DNA of 35,518 nt from Catajapyx aquilonaris (Eukaryota). The notes below the pieces were generated by a model, which worked only from the letters and a program-made list of their open reading frames with translations, ran no database searches and was not told the DNA's origin. Numbering within the stretch: position 1 is the first letter of the stretch; each line of letters opens with the position of its first letter. The stretch is taken from assembly GCA_000934665.2 (NCBI GenBank), contig KZ538223.1, positions 62,001 through 97,518 of the forward strand, written 5' to 3'. Made by a program: the position numbers and the translations under genes. Below, piece after piece: positions 23,825-34,133 of the stretch.

Positions 23825-25899
23825 TTACTTTGGGTGCATCCAAACAATTATTTTGCTTTTCGCACACTTTCGAGCGACCAATTCGACTAAGCATACCAAA
23901 ATGGACAATACAATACCAAACATCCACACATGCAGGATGGGTGACACTTTGTACATTGTCAAGACCCGGTCATCCTCCAGGACAGACCCGTCTTCAAAGG
24001 CCAACTTGCGAGCTGTCATGTACGAACGCAGGAAGTTCCTGTAGTTGTAGGTCTCTTCCCTGCGATTAATAAGTCCTCCTTCGAACAAACCAAGAGTTCC
24101 TCTCATCATCTTTGGCAAGTCAACCACATCACGTGCAAAGGAGGGCCCGGTGTAATAAGGGAAGTATTTTTCTGGGATCCATACAACTTTTGGATTTCCC
24201 TTGTGGTCCAAGAAGTGGGCGACTGTCCTGCGGTAATGGTAATCTGAGAGAACGCCAGCAAAGTCCTCCTGAATTGCTTTTTCAAAGCATTTGAGATCAT
24301 TCGATACAACCTCAAACTTCTCGTACAATTCGATCACAAATTTCAGGTTCATTTTCCTGACAGCCCACCCAATGAGAACGTAAAGCTGAAAGACTGTACC
24401 CAAAGCAAATTTGGAGGCGTGCACGTCAATCCAATTGTTGGGAAGTATCTCTGTCTCTGGGACGGCCAGAAGAGCGAATATTCTTGCCTTGTACAGACAG
24501 CCTAACACCAATGAAAAGACCAGCACGTAGGAATAAAACAATCGTATTGAAGGGTACGTCGGCTGTGAAACTGCTTGCTCTAGCATCTCGCGCATTATTA
24601 CTCGCATATTATGCGAGAGAGACTTGGTGGTCTTGGTTTGATCACTCAACCAGCGCCTAACGTGAATTTCGCTTCTCTCTAGCAGGTAAAGCACAGCAGA
24701 CGATATGCACACGGTGACAAGCATAACTAGCCAGCTCGTACCTGTGTATGGTTGGGCAGTGAGATACCACTTTATTTCTGGTCTTGCGTGCCTTCGAAGG
24801 AACGACACATGTAAAAAGAAAAGGGGGATCGTTACTGCAGTAGCCTTGATAGAAACCTCAGTGTATATCTGGAGCAGTGCTCCGTCAGCTTTACCGTAGG
24901 CCACTGATGCGACAAATCCGGTGTAACTGTCATTAGGGTAATAGTCAAAACTCAAATGTGGAACCGCAGTTTGAATTGTCACATTCCATCTCTTTTCTAT
25001 GGAGATTATTACGCTTTCAGGCACTGTCGGATTATAATCCGGATCCTTGATCCTCTCTCTGGCACCTACCATATCAATCTCTTCAAAGTGAACGACTGTG
25101 TAATTCATGCCCCATCTGTTCCTACCAGCCGGTATAGAAAAGAGATGGTCTCGTGCCAATAGCTTGTGTAGTGACTGAGTGATGGGTGGATTGACCCTGT
25201 GCACGGGACTGAAGCAAAAGTAGCAGACGTTGTGCAGGACCAGCTCCTTCTTGGCTGGATGGTATTGGGAGAGGAGCGTGAGGAAGATTCCTCTGGCGGG
25301 GTCTGTCAAGAGGATTCGATCCGGATCGACCTGACCCGAGGCGTGGATCAGGACTGGATCGCGCTGGTTTCTGAATCTGAAGGTGCTGACGGCGTGCAAG
25401 ACAAGGTTCGGGAAATGCTGCGGGTAGGTGGAGAGGAGGAGGTTGAAGGAGCATTTCCCTCCGTTCCACGTCTGGGAGAAGAGGTCAGGGGGCATGGACC
25501 TGAATGAGTAGAGCTGCTCCTCCTTCCAGATGACCATGTGGTCCTCCACATTCACCCGGAAGGTCTCGGGATCCATCCGACCAGTGACCACCGACCGGTA
25601 CCTGTTGGACTGGTGCAGGGACACGTCCTGGACGACCAAGCCAAACCGTCCCGTCGAGTCAGTGTCCACGCTCAGAAAGCAGTCCGGGAAGAGGGTGTCC
25701 CGGATGTGATAGACCAGGTTGGATATCAAGGCGTCCTCGTCAAGGTCAGATGTCAATAAGGAAACATTCCCTGAATGTATCTGGGGGGGAAACTCCAAGT
25801 CAAACCTCCATCAGGATTTTCCATAAAAGACATCTCACCTGATTGTTGGATTGTCACCACCAGACAGAAGCTGACGATGAATATGCAGGATGACAGCAT
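23825..25899 (-). CDS. Divergent ionotropic receptor (variant iGluR chemoreceptor), copy 1; 668 aa if spliced at the distal acceptor, otherwise frameshifted
   Basis: Long exon with S1 motif YPNDSYTGFVASVAYGKADGA, M1 QPYTGTSWLVMLV, pore/M3 MLEQ...IRLFYSYVLVFSLVLGCLYKARIFALLAVP, S2 end LFEGGLINR and terminal TM WMFGIVLSILVCLVELV. Signal-peptide exon 25899-25839 (MLSSCIFIVSFCLVVTIQQS) with donor AG|GTGAG; the in-frame acceptor gives exon 2 = 25770-23825. Confidence 0.85.
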
Positions 25900-26827
25900 G
25901 ATGATGCACGTCTACTTTCCAATGACGACGAAGCTCTACTAACGCCGTACTCTAGTGCGACGTGTTACGTAATGTTTAGGAACGCGTCTGCACAATTGGG
26001 GGCAGTTAGGTCGGTCATTATCACACCTTTTTGAAAACTATAGTGGCCACCTACAGCGCTTCCGGGAAGCCTAATCTTGCGACTATAGTCAGGCCCGTAA
26101 TTATCCTCTCGTGCCTTAGATATTTGCACCTGGAATATGTCCGTTGTTCTGACACCATCGCAATGTTAAGACGTTTTGACATAATAATGACGTGTGATTT
26201 CCGTACACCTCCGGAAAGCCGGAAGCTAATTAATATTTACTGTAATATTTAACACTGTCCCAAAATACCACGAATTGCTGCGTCATGTGGGCTTGCGTCT
26301 GTTGCGTTCCCACAGTAAGTATTCCCGTCAAGACCTCAGTTATTATAGCCTCAGGTGTGTCAGATGTGGCGAGTTTGACTTTGCATGATTCCTTTTGGGC
26401 AGAATAATGAACTACCAGTAGTACCAAAATATTTTCTCAAAAATTTGATCTACACACTGGCTGTCTGAGGAAAAGGTGTAATTCCCTCCAATTTTGGTAT
26501 AGTTTAGCATATGCCAAAAACTCGCCTCCGCCAGCCGAAAATGATAAGTTCCAATTAGTGATTATTATTTGGCACAATCAGAATATTTGCGCTGAACCCA
26601 GATAATGTGCTAATATTTTTACAGGTATATAGGCCAGGCGTAGGTGATCAAATATTAGCTACTTTTCCAGTAAAGAGTTGTATAGTAATTATGATCACTG
26701 TAATATCTGAATGGCACAAAAATTATTCGAATCTAATTGTAGCGGCGCGACATTTTTGAAAATATTTTATTCGCGTTTAAGTTGATTACAGGCTGTGTAG
26801 ATGCACAATATTTCATTTGTGGCTGCC

Positions 26828-29800
26828 TTAATATCGTTAGATGTTACGTACATTGAGGGTGCGTAGGAATATTTGAAAAAGGCTTTATTAAGAGTTACAT
26901 ACAAGAACACGTACGATACAATTCATATTCGCAATATTATTCTAATGATGGAACATTGTGAGCATAATACCTGTCAACGTTATATCTTACCGTGTGTTTT
27001 ATTACAAGAAGAGATAAATCTATGTAATCAGTTTTTCCAGCATGTGATAGTGAGAAAGGAAAAATACGCCATAACACTCATATTTTAAGTAAAGCGCTTT
27101 ACAATATTACGGTGTTATTAGCGGTTGCACGTAGACATGAAATGCAGTCAGACCAGAGTAACACATTGGTATTGAGTGATCACTGGGCAGTATTGTGCTC
27201 AACTCGGATTCTGATGGTCAAGTCACTTTAATCAAAGTGCCACACACACAAAAATGTTAGAGAAATCTTGCACAAGGGGAAAACCACTAGAGTTCCCAGT
27301 GTTAACATTCAGAATTGAAATAAAAACGATCAGTGTCATAAAGAAAGAAGAACTAACACCCATATATTCTACCAGAGCTATCAGAGGGAACGCGACAATA
27401 TTACGTATTTTCAGCAAATAGTTTACTTTGGGTGCAGCCAAACAATTATTTTGCTTTTCGCACACTTTCGAGCGACCAATTCGACTAACCATACAAATAT
27501 GGAGAGAACGACACCAAGGATCCACACATAGAGGATGGGTGACACTTTGTACATTGTCAAGACCCGGTCATCCTCCAGGGCAGACCCGTCTTCAAAGGCC
27601 AACTTGCGAGCTCTCATGTACGAACGCAGGAAATTCCTGTAGTTGTAGGTCTCTTCCCTGCGATTAATCAGTCCTCCTTCGAATAAACCAACCGTTCCTC
27701 TCATCATCTGTGGCAAGTCAACCACATCACGTGCAAAGGAGGGTCCGGTGTAATAAGGAAAGTATTTTTCTGGGATCCATACAACTTTCGGATCCCCCTT
27801 GTGGTCCAAGAAGTGGACGACTGTCCTGCGGTAATGGTAATCTGAGAGAACGCAAGCAAAGTCCTCCTGAATTGCTTTTTCAAAGCATTTGAGATCATTC
27901 GATACAACCTCAAACTTCTCGTACAATTCGATCGCAAATTTTAGGTTCATTTTTCTTACAGCCCACCCAATGAGAACGTAAAGCTGAAGGACTGTACCCA
28001 AAGCAAATTTGGATGCGTGCACGTCCATCCAATTGTTTGGAAGTATCTCTGTCTCTGGGACGGCCAGAAGAGCGAATATTCTTGCCTTGTACAGACAGCC
28101 TAACACCAATGAAAAGACCAGCACGTAGGAATAAAACGCTCGTATCGAAGGGGACGTCGGCTGTGAAACGGCTTGCTCTAGCATCTCGCGCATTATTACT
28201 CGCATATTTTGCAAGAGAGACTTGGTGGTCTTGGTTCGACCACTCAACCAGCGTCTAACGTGAATTTCGCTTCTCTCTAGCAGGTAAAGCACAGCAGACG
28301 ACATGCACACGGTCACAAGCATAACTAGCCAGCTTGTACCTGTGTATGGTTGGGCAATGAGGTACCACTTTATGTCTGGTCCTGCGTGCCTTCGAAGGAA
28401 CGACACATGGAAAAAGAAAAGGGGCATTGGTACTGCAGTAGCCTTGATAGAAACCTCAGTGTATATCTGGAGCAGTGCTCCGTCAGCTTTACCGTAGGCT
28501 ACTGATGCGACAAATCCGGTGTAACTGCCATTTGGGTAATAATCGTCAAAACTCAAATGTGGAACCGCAGTTTGAATTGTCACATTCCATCTCTTTTCTA
28601 TGGAGAATATTACGCGTTCAGGCAATGTCGGATTATAATCCGGATCCTTGATCCTATCTCTGGCACCTACGATATCAATCTCTTCAAAGTGAAGGACTGT
28701 GGAATTAATTCCCCATCTGTTCGTGCCAGCCGGTATAGAAAAGAGATGGTCTCGTGCCAATAGCTTGTGTAGTGACTGAGTGATGGGTGGATTGACCCTG
28801 TGCACGGGACTGAAGCAAAAGTAGCAGACGTTGTGCAGGACCAGCTCCTTCTTGTCTGGATGGTATTGCGAGAGGAGCTTGAGGAAGATTCCTCTGGCGG
28901 GGTCTGTCAAGAGGATTCGATCCGGATCGACTTGACCCGAGGCGTGGATCAGGACTGGATCGTGCTGGTTTCTGAATCTGAAGGTGCTGACGGCGTGCAA
29001 GACAAGGTTCGGGAAATGCTGCGGGTAGGTGGAGAGGAGGAGGTTGAAGGAGCATTTCCCTCCGTTCCACGTCTGGGAGAAGAGGTCAGGGGGCATGGAC
29101 CTGAATGAGTAGAGCTGCTCCTCCTTCCAGATGACCATGTGGTCCTCCACATTCACCCGGAAGGTCTCGGGATCCATCCGACCAGTGACCACCGACCGGT
29201 ACCTGCTGGACTGGTGCAGGGACACGTCCTGGACGGCCAAGCCAAACCGTCCCGTCGAGTCAGTGTCCACGCTCAGAAAGCAGTCCGGGAAGAGGGTGTC
29301 CAGGATGTGAGAGACCAGGTTGGAGATCAAGGCGTCCTCGTCATGGTCAGCGGTCAAGGTGACATTCCCTGAATGTACCTGGGGGGAGGGGAACACTCCA
29401 AGTCAAACTTCCATCATGATATTCCATAAAAGTATCTCACCTGATTGTTGGATGCAAGCACCACCAGACAGAAGCTGAAGATGAATAAGCAGGATGACAG
29501 CATGATGATGCACGTCTACTTTCCAATGACGACGAAGCTCTACTGACGCCGTACTCTAGTGCGACGTGTTACGTAATGTTTAGGAACGCGTCTGCACAAT
29601 TTGGGGCAGTTAGGTCGGTCATTATCACACCTTTTTGAAAACTATAGTGGCCACCTAAAGCGCTTTCCGGAAGCATAATCTTGTGACTAGAGTCAGGCCC
29701 GTAATTATCCTCTCGTGCCTCAGATAATTGCACCTGGAATATGTTCGTTGTTCTGACACCATCTCAATGTTAAGACGTTTTGACATAATAATGACGTATG

Positions 29801-30517
29801 ATTTCCGTGTACTTCCGGAAAGCCGGAAGCTAATTAATATTTACTGTAATATTAAACACTGTCCCAAAATACCACGAATTGCTGCGTCATGTGGGCTTGC
29901 GTCTGTTGCGTTCTCACAGTAAGTATTCCCGTCAAGACCTCAGTTATTATAGCCTCAGGTGTGTCAGATATGGCGAGTTTGACTTTGCATGATTCCTTTT
30001 GGGTAGAATAATGAACTACCAGTTGTACCGAAATATTTTCTCCAAGTTTGATCTACACACTGGCTGTCTGAGGAAAAGGTGCAATTCCCTACAATTTTGG
30101 CATAGTTTAGCATATGCCAAAAACTTGCCTCCGCCAGCCGAAAATGATAAGTTCCAATTAGTGATTATTTGGCACAATCAGAATATTTGCGCTGAACGCA
30201 GATAATGTGCTAATAGTTTTACAGGTATATAGGCTAGGCGTAGGTGATCAAATATTAGCTACTTTTCCAGTAAAGAGTTGTATAGTAATTATGATCGCTG
30301 TAATATCTGAATGTCACAAAAATTCGAATCTAATAATTGTAGCGGCGCGACATTTTTGAAAATATTTTATTCGCGGTTAAATGGATTACAGGCTGTGTAA
30401 ATGCACAATATTTCATTTGTGGCTGCCTTAATATCGTTAGATGTTACGTATACATTGAGGGTGCGTAGGTATATTTGAAAAAGCTTTATTAAGAGTTACC
30501 TACAAGAACACGTACGA
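26828..30517. repeat. Tandem segmental duplication unit (3600-bp period) carrying one IR gene with its 5' and 3' flanks
   Basis: Seen: junction GGCTGCCTTAATATCGTTAGATGTTACGTA at 26821 and 30421; 25900-26870 is near-identical to 29504-30470; 3' flank 26870-27420 matches 33570-34130 closely and 23280-23820 more distantly. Confidence 0.92.
27423..29503 (-). CDS. Divergent ionotropic receptor, copy 2 (intact, 672 aa, 2 exons)
   Basis: Exon 1 29503-29441 (MLSSCLFIFSFCLVVLASNNQ, signal peptide-like); 62-nt phase-0 intron GTGAG...CCCCCCAG; exon 2 29378-27423. Same S1/M1/pore/M3/S2/M4 motifs as copy 1. Confidence 0.9.
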
Positions 30518-30871
30518 AGTCCATGGTCGATTAAAGTCCAATGTCTTTTTATCGAACGCGTAACCACTGTAACCGTGGGGAGGTGATGATCCAAGGTTCA
30601 GAGGTGGGTCTTCATCATCAGTTACGGTATTAAGGGGCACTGCCGTGCCCCCGCCAAGTTCTCGCCGCACTGCCGGACCACCTTTACCCGACACAACTCA
30701 CGTCATTTTGACCCCCTCGAATCTTCGCACTGGTGAACACACGTGGCTTCCAAATTTTTATTTGGGTAGATAAAAATCGATTAAAAATAATGCCCCCTTA
30801 CTTGCATGTTCATATCTCTTTTCATTTCCGACTTTAAAAATCCTAAAAACTCCCGAAACGGCCAAAATATG

Positions 30872-30980
30872 ACACTCACTGAGTCACTTGACTGACTGAG
30901 TCACTGACTCACTCACTGATCATCAAAATTATACGGAACTTCCAGTGGTCCTAGGATGCGGAAATTTGGTATGCTGGTAG
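30872..30980 (+). mobile_element. Probable 5' region of a Helitron-like element with an (ACTG/ACTC)n microsatellite
   Basis: Seen: CACTCACTGAGTCACTTGACTGACTGAGTCACTGACTCACTCACTGATCATCAAAA...GAAATTTGGTATG. This resembles insect non-autonomous Helitron 5' regions (from memory) and lies 500 bp upstream of a PIF1 remnant. Termini not identified. Confidence 0.45.
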
Positions 30981-31200
30981 AGCTTGTCAAACGAACATCA
31001 GATATATCTGAAAACGGCACTTTTTTGAGTCTAAATGCTCAAAAAAAAAATCACGAAGTCTGCTGCTGCTTACCAGATGCCGCATTTTTACCACGGATTA
31101 CTTTTTACTTTGAAATTCAACTTATGCTGGTGCTCCTCCTGCCCTCCCACGTTCTCATCTCCTCACCCCCTCCCTTCCCCCCCTCCTGCATACCGCTAGC

Positions 31201-31369
31201 CAACGACGTAGCCAGCCCCCCCCCCCNNNNNNNNNNNNNNNNNNNNNNNNNNNNNNNNNNNNNNNNNNNNNNNNNNNNNNNNNNNNNNNNNNNNNNNNNN
31301 NNNNNNNNNNNNNNNNNNNNNNNNNNNNCCCCCCCCCCCCCCCGAACTGGATTCCTGGCTACGTCACTG
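31201..31369. mobile_element. hAT-type MITE with a poly-C core spanning the assembly gap
   Basis: Seen: 15-bp TIRs CAACGACGTAGCCAG / CTGGCTACGTCACTG and a perfect 8-bp TSD CCGCTAGC (31193-31200, 31370-31377). An 8-bp TSD with CA..TG ends is typical of hAT. Confidence 0.88.
31227..31328. other. Assembly gap (N run) between poly-C tracts
   Basis: Seen directly. Confidence 0.99.
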
Positions 31370-31464
31370 CCGCTAGCTATCTGACTGAAGCTGCGATTGC
31401 ATTTCATACAAATACAATTACAAATACCTAAATACCTAAAATACAAAATAATACAAATACAAAA

Positions 31465-31911
31465 TCCGAGGTCATCTACAGCCTATGTGTACAGGGAACA
31501 ATTCCCAATTTGTTTGGCGTATGCCATTACCATACACAAGAGCCAAGGCCTGAGTCTCACTAATGCACTCATCGATATGGGTTCCTCTGTCTTCTCGTGC
31601 GGTCAAGCCTATACGTGGCTCTTTCCAGAGTTAAAAGTCTCAACGGAATGCATCTCGTCAATGCCTCCTTTACTGACATCAAGGCTCAAGAGTCAGCTAC
31701 TCTGGAGTACGATAGATTGGGATCTATTTACCGACCAGACTTATCCATACTCAAAATGGCTAATAAGGCATCGACAGAAGTGGTTGAGGATCGCGAATGG
31801 GCTATGCGATCAGGTGTAGCAGATGTCCAATTCGCACAACCAGTACAGAAAAAAAGGAAGCGTAATATGAGAAAGCAGAAGAAAATCATACCTATTCAGA
31901 GGAAAAGATAA
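31465..31911 (+). pseudogene. Truncated, frameshifted C-terminus of a PIF1-family helicase (Helitron/Helentron RepHel remnant)
   Basis: REQFPICLAYAITIHKSQGLSL...VFSCGQAY continues in another frame as YVALSRVKSLNGMHL (PIF1 motifs V and VI). The shift is a 2-nt TA duplication (GCCTATACGTG, ~31610). No N-terminal helicase or Rep domain. Confidence 0.85.
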
Positions 31912-32060
31912 AGTTTTACATACTTTCGTATATAACCTACACATTTTCCTCTAAGTTATTCATTACTTTATTTGGAATATTTAACGGACCATTGCTTCCA
32001 CGCCCAACCGTAGGGGGCTCCCCGAGCTTTCTTATCATTATCCTACACTCCTGCCTACAA

Positions 32061-32577
32061 AAAGAGGTGAAATCCCACCAAAAGCCTTTCTGTAAAAAAG
32101 GGCCAAGTTCTCCTGACTGCTTGGCAGTCAAAAGTGGTGAGATCTGAAATACGGCCAAGTTCAGCGTCGTTGTCAATTACTGGCATTCTCAACTTCTTCT
32201 ACCTAAACCACTGACTTTGTTTTTCTAGGTCGGCCTTAAGTTTAATCATCAAAATATTTTAATGGAATTTCTCTTGCTGTAACTTGGCCATTGCTCTTAA
32301 AACATTGAAACAGTTGTAGAATTCAACAATACCTCGGACATGAGCAATGGCCAAGTTACAGCAAGAGAAATTCCATTAAAATATTTTGATGATTAAACTT
32401 AAGGTCGACCTGGAAAAACAAAGTTAGTGGTTTAGATTGAAGAAGTTGAGAATGCCAGTAATTAACAACGACGTTGAACTTGGCCGTATTTGAGATCTCA
32501 CCACTTTTGACGGCCAAGCAGTCAGGAGAACTTGGCCTTTTTTTACAGAAAGGTTTTTGGTGGGATCTCACCTCTTT
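32061..32577. repeat. Long inverted repeat: 236-bp arms (32061-32296, 32342-32577) with a 45-nt spacer
   Basis: Seen: the arms are reverse complements with about a dozen mismatches by eye; the inner ~60 bp are perfect. Confidence 0.93.
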
Positions 32578-33205
32578 GAGTTTTTGGTGTGATGATCCGC
32601 GCACGAGAAGGTCGACCTCGAGTTTGGCGGCGAGGCGGTCCTGTCAATTCAGGTATTTGCCTACTTGAACCTTCGTGTAAAATCGTCTTGTTGGGATCAC
32701 GCCGGGTTTGTCAGGAACCCTCAAGGAAGTACTCGGCTGTCCCTCTGGCATAGCCGGGAGGAGTATTGGTGCAACGCCTCGAGTTGAGCGGACAGGAGCA
32801 CAGGACTGAGATAAGTTCCTCGGACATTTCCGGAACTAATTGATTCCGAGTTTGACCGCATAAATAATATATACTGTAGTATCAGATATTCACGAGCTTA
32901 TTCGTATAGGTGATACTGACAAGGACGAGCAAACCCTTGGGATTGCAGGAAAACTACGAGCAATGCCAGGGAAAGTGCGTGCAGATCCTATTTTTGATGA
33001 AAACGTAGTGCTCAGCATGGGCAATGCAAACTTGCTGTCAGAATTTTCATGTATGAAAATATAATGGTCGTAAGTCGACATAAATTACATTTCAAAATAT
33101 TAATGGTCTTGGCTGATTACGATAAAAATCATGATAATATAACCGACTTGTACAACGACACAAAAGCTTTAATATCGTTAGATGTTACGTACATTGAGGG
33201 TACGT

Positions 33206-33552
33206 GGGGGAGGTGTGGTAGCCGTGATGGTAACGTCACGGCTTGCTGAGTGAAAGGCCCCAGGTTCGATCCCCGCCTGGGGAACTTTCCTTTCACCTGC
33301 GTCAGGAGGGTCTCTCACCTGCACCAAGGAGGTGTCTGGCAACCTAACCTCCTCGGGGACAGCACATGAACCATTTGTAGACATTGCACTTGCACCTATG
33401 TTCCCTCCCCAATAAATCCCTATCCTTACCCCATGTCCTTTCGTCCTTGCACCGGAGTTGGAAGAAAAATATAGAAAATCGAACGAAAAATGGTGGTGTC
33501 CCACTCCCCTATAAGGGCCTATGGCCCTATAACGGGGTACATAAAAAGATAG
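33206..33552 (+). mobile_element. tRNA-derived SINE (family 2), second copy
   Basis: Homologous to 22518-22859; 13-bp TSD ATTGAGGGT(A/G)CGT (33193-33205, 33553-33565). Empty paralogous sites at ~26852 and ~30454. Confidence 0.9.
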
Positions 33553-34133
33553 ATTGAGGGTGCGTAGGAATATTTGAAAAAGGCTTTATTAAGAGTTACA
33601 TACAAGAACACGTACGATACAATTCATATTCGCAATATTATTCTAATGATGGAACATTGTGAGCATAATACCTGTCAACGTTATATCTTACCGTGAGTTT
33701 TACTACAAGAAGAGATAAATCTATGTAATCAGTTTTTCCAGCATGTGATAGTGAGAAAGAAAAAATACGCCATAACACTCATATTTTAAGTAAAGCGCTT
33801 TACAATATTACGGTGTTATTAGCGGTTGCACGTAGACATGAAATCCAGTCAGACCAGAGTAACACATTGGTATTGAGTGATCACTGGGCAATATTGTGCT
33901 CAACTCGGATTCTGATGGTCAAGTCAGTTTTCTGCTAGAGCAATCAGAGTAACACACACAAAAATGTTAGAAAAATCTTGCGCAATGATGGAAAACCCAC
34001 TAGAGTTCCAGTGTTCACATTCAGAATTGAAATAAAAACGACCAGTGTCATAAAGAAAGAAGAACTAACATACATATTATATACTACCAGAGCTATCAGA
34101 GGGAACGCGACAATATTATTTTCAGCAAATAAT

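Noticed and set aside
25122..25759. Overlapping antisense/alternative-frame ORFs inside the IR genes, recurring in each copy
   Set aside because: Expected from GC-rich codon usage and recent duplication; no independent coding signal.
25771..25798. ORF-track starts of the IR genes (TTG at 25798, GTG at 29396)
   Set aside because: Non-ATG codons inside the small intron; the real starts are in the signal-peptide exons (25899, 29503).
32356..32830. Protein-coding gene overlapping the inverted repeat
   Set aside because: All frames are interrupted by stops and no family is recognisable; kept only as an unknown fragment.
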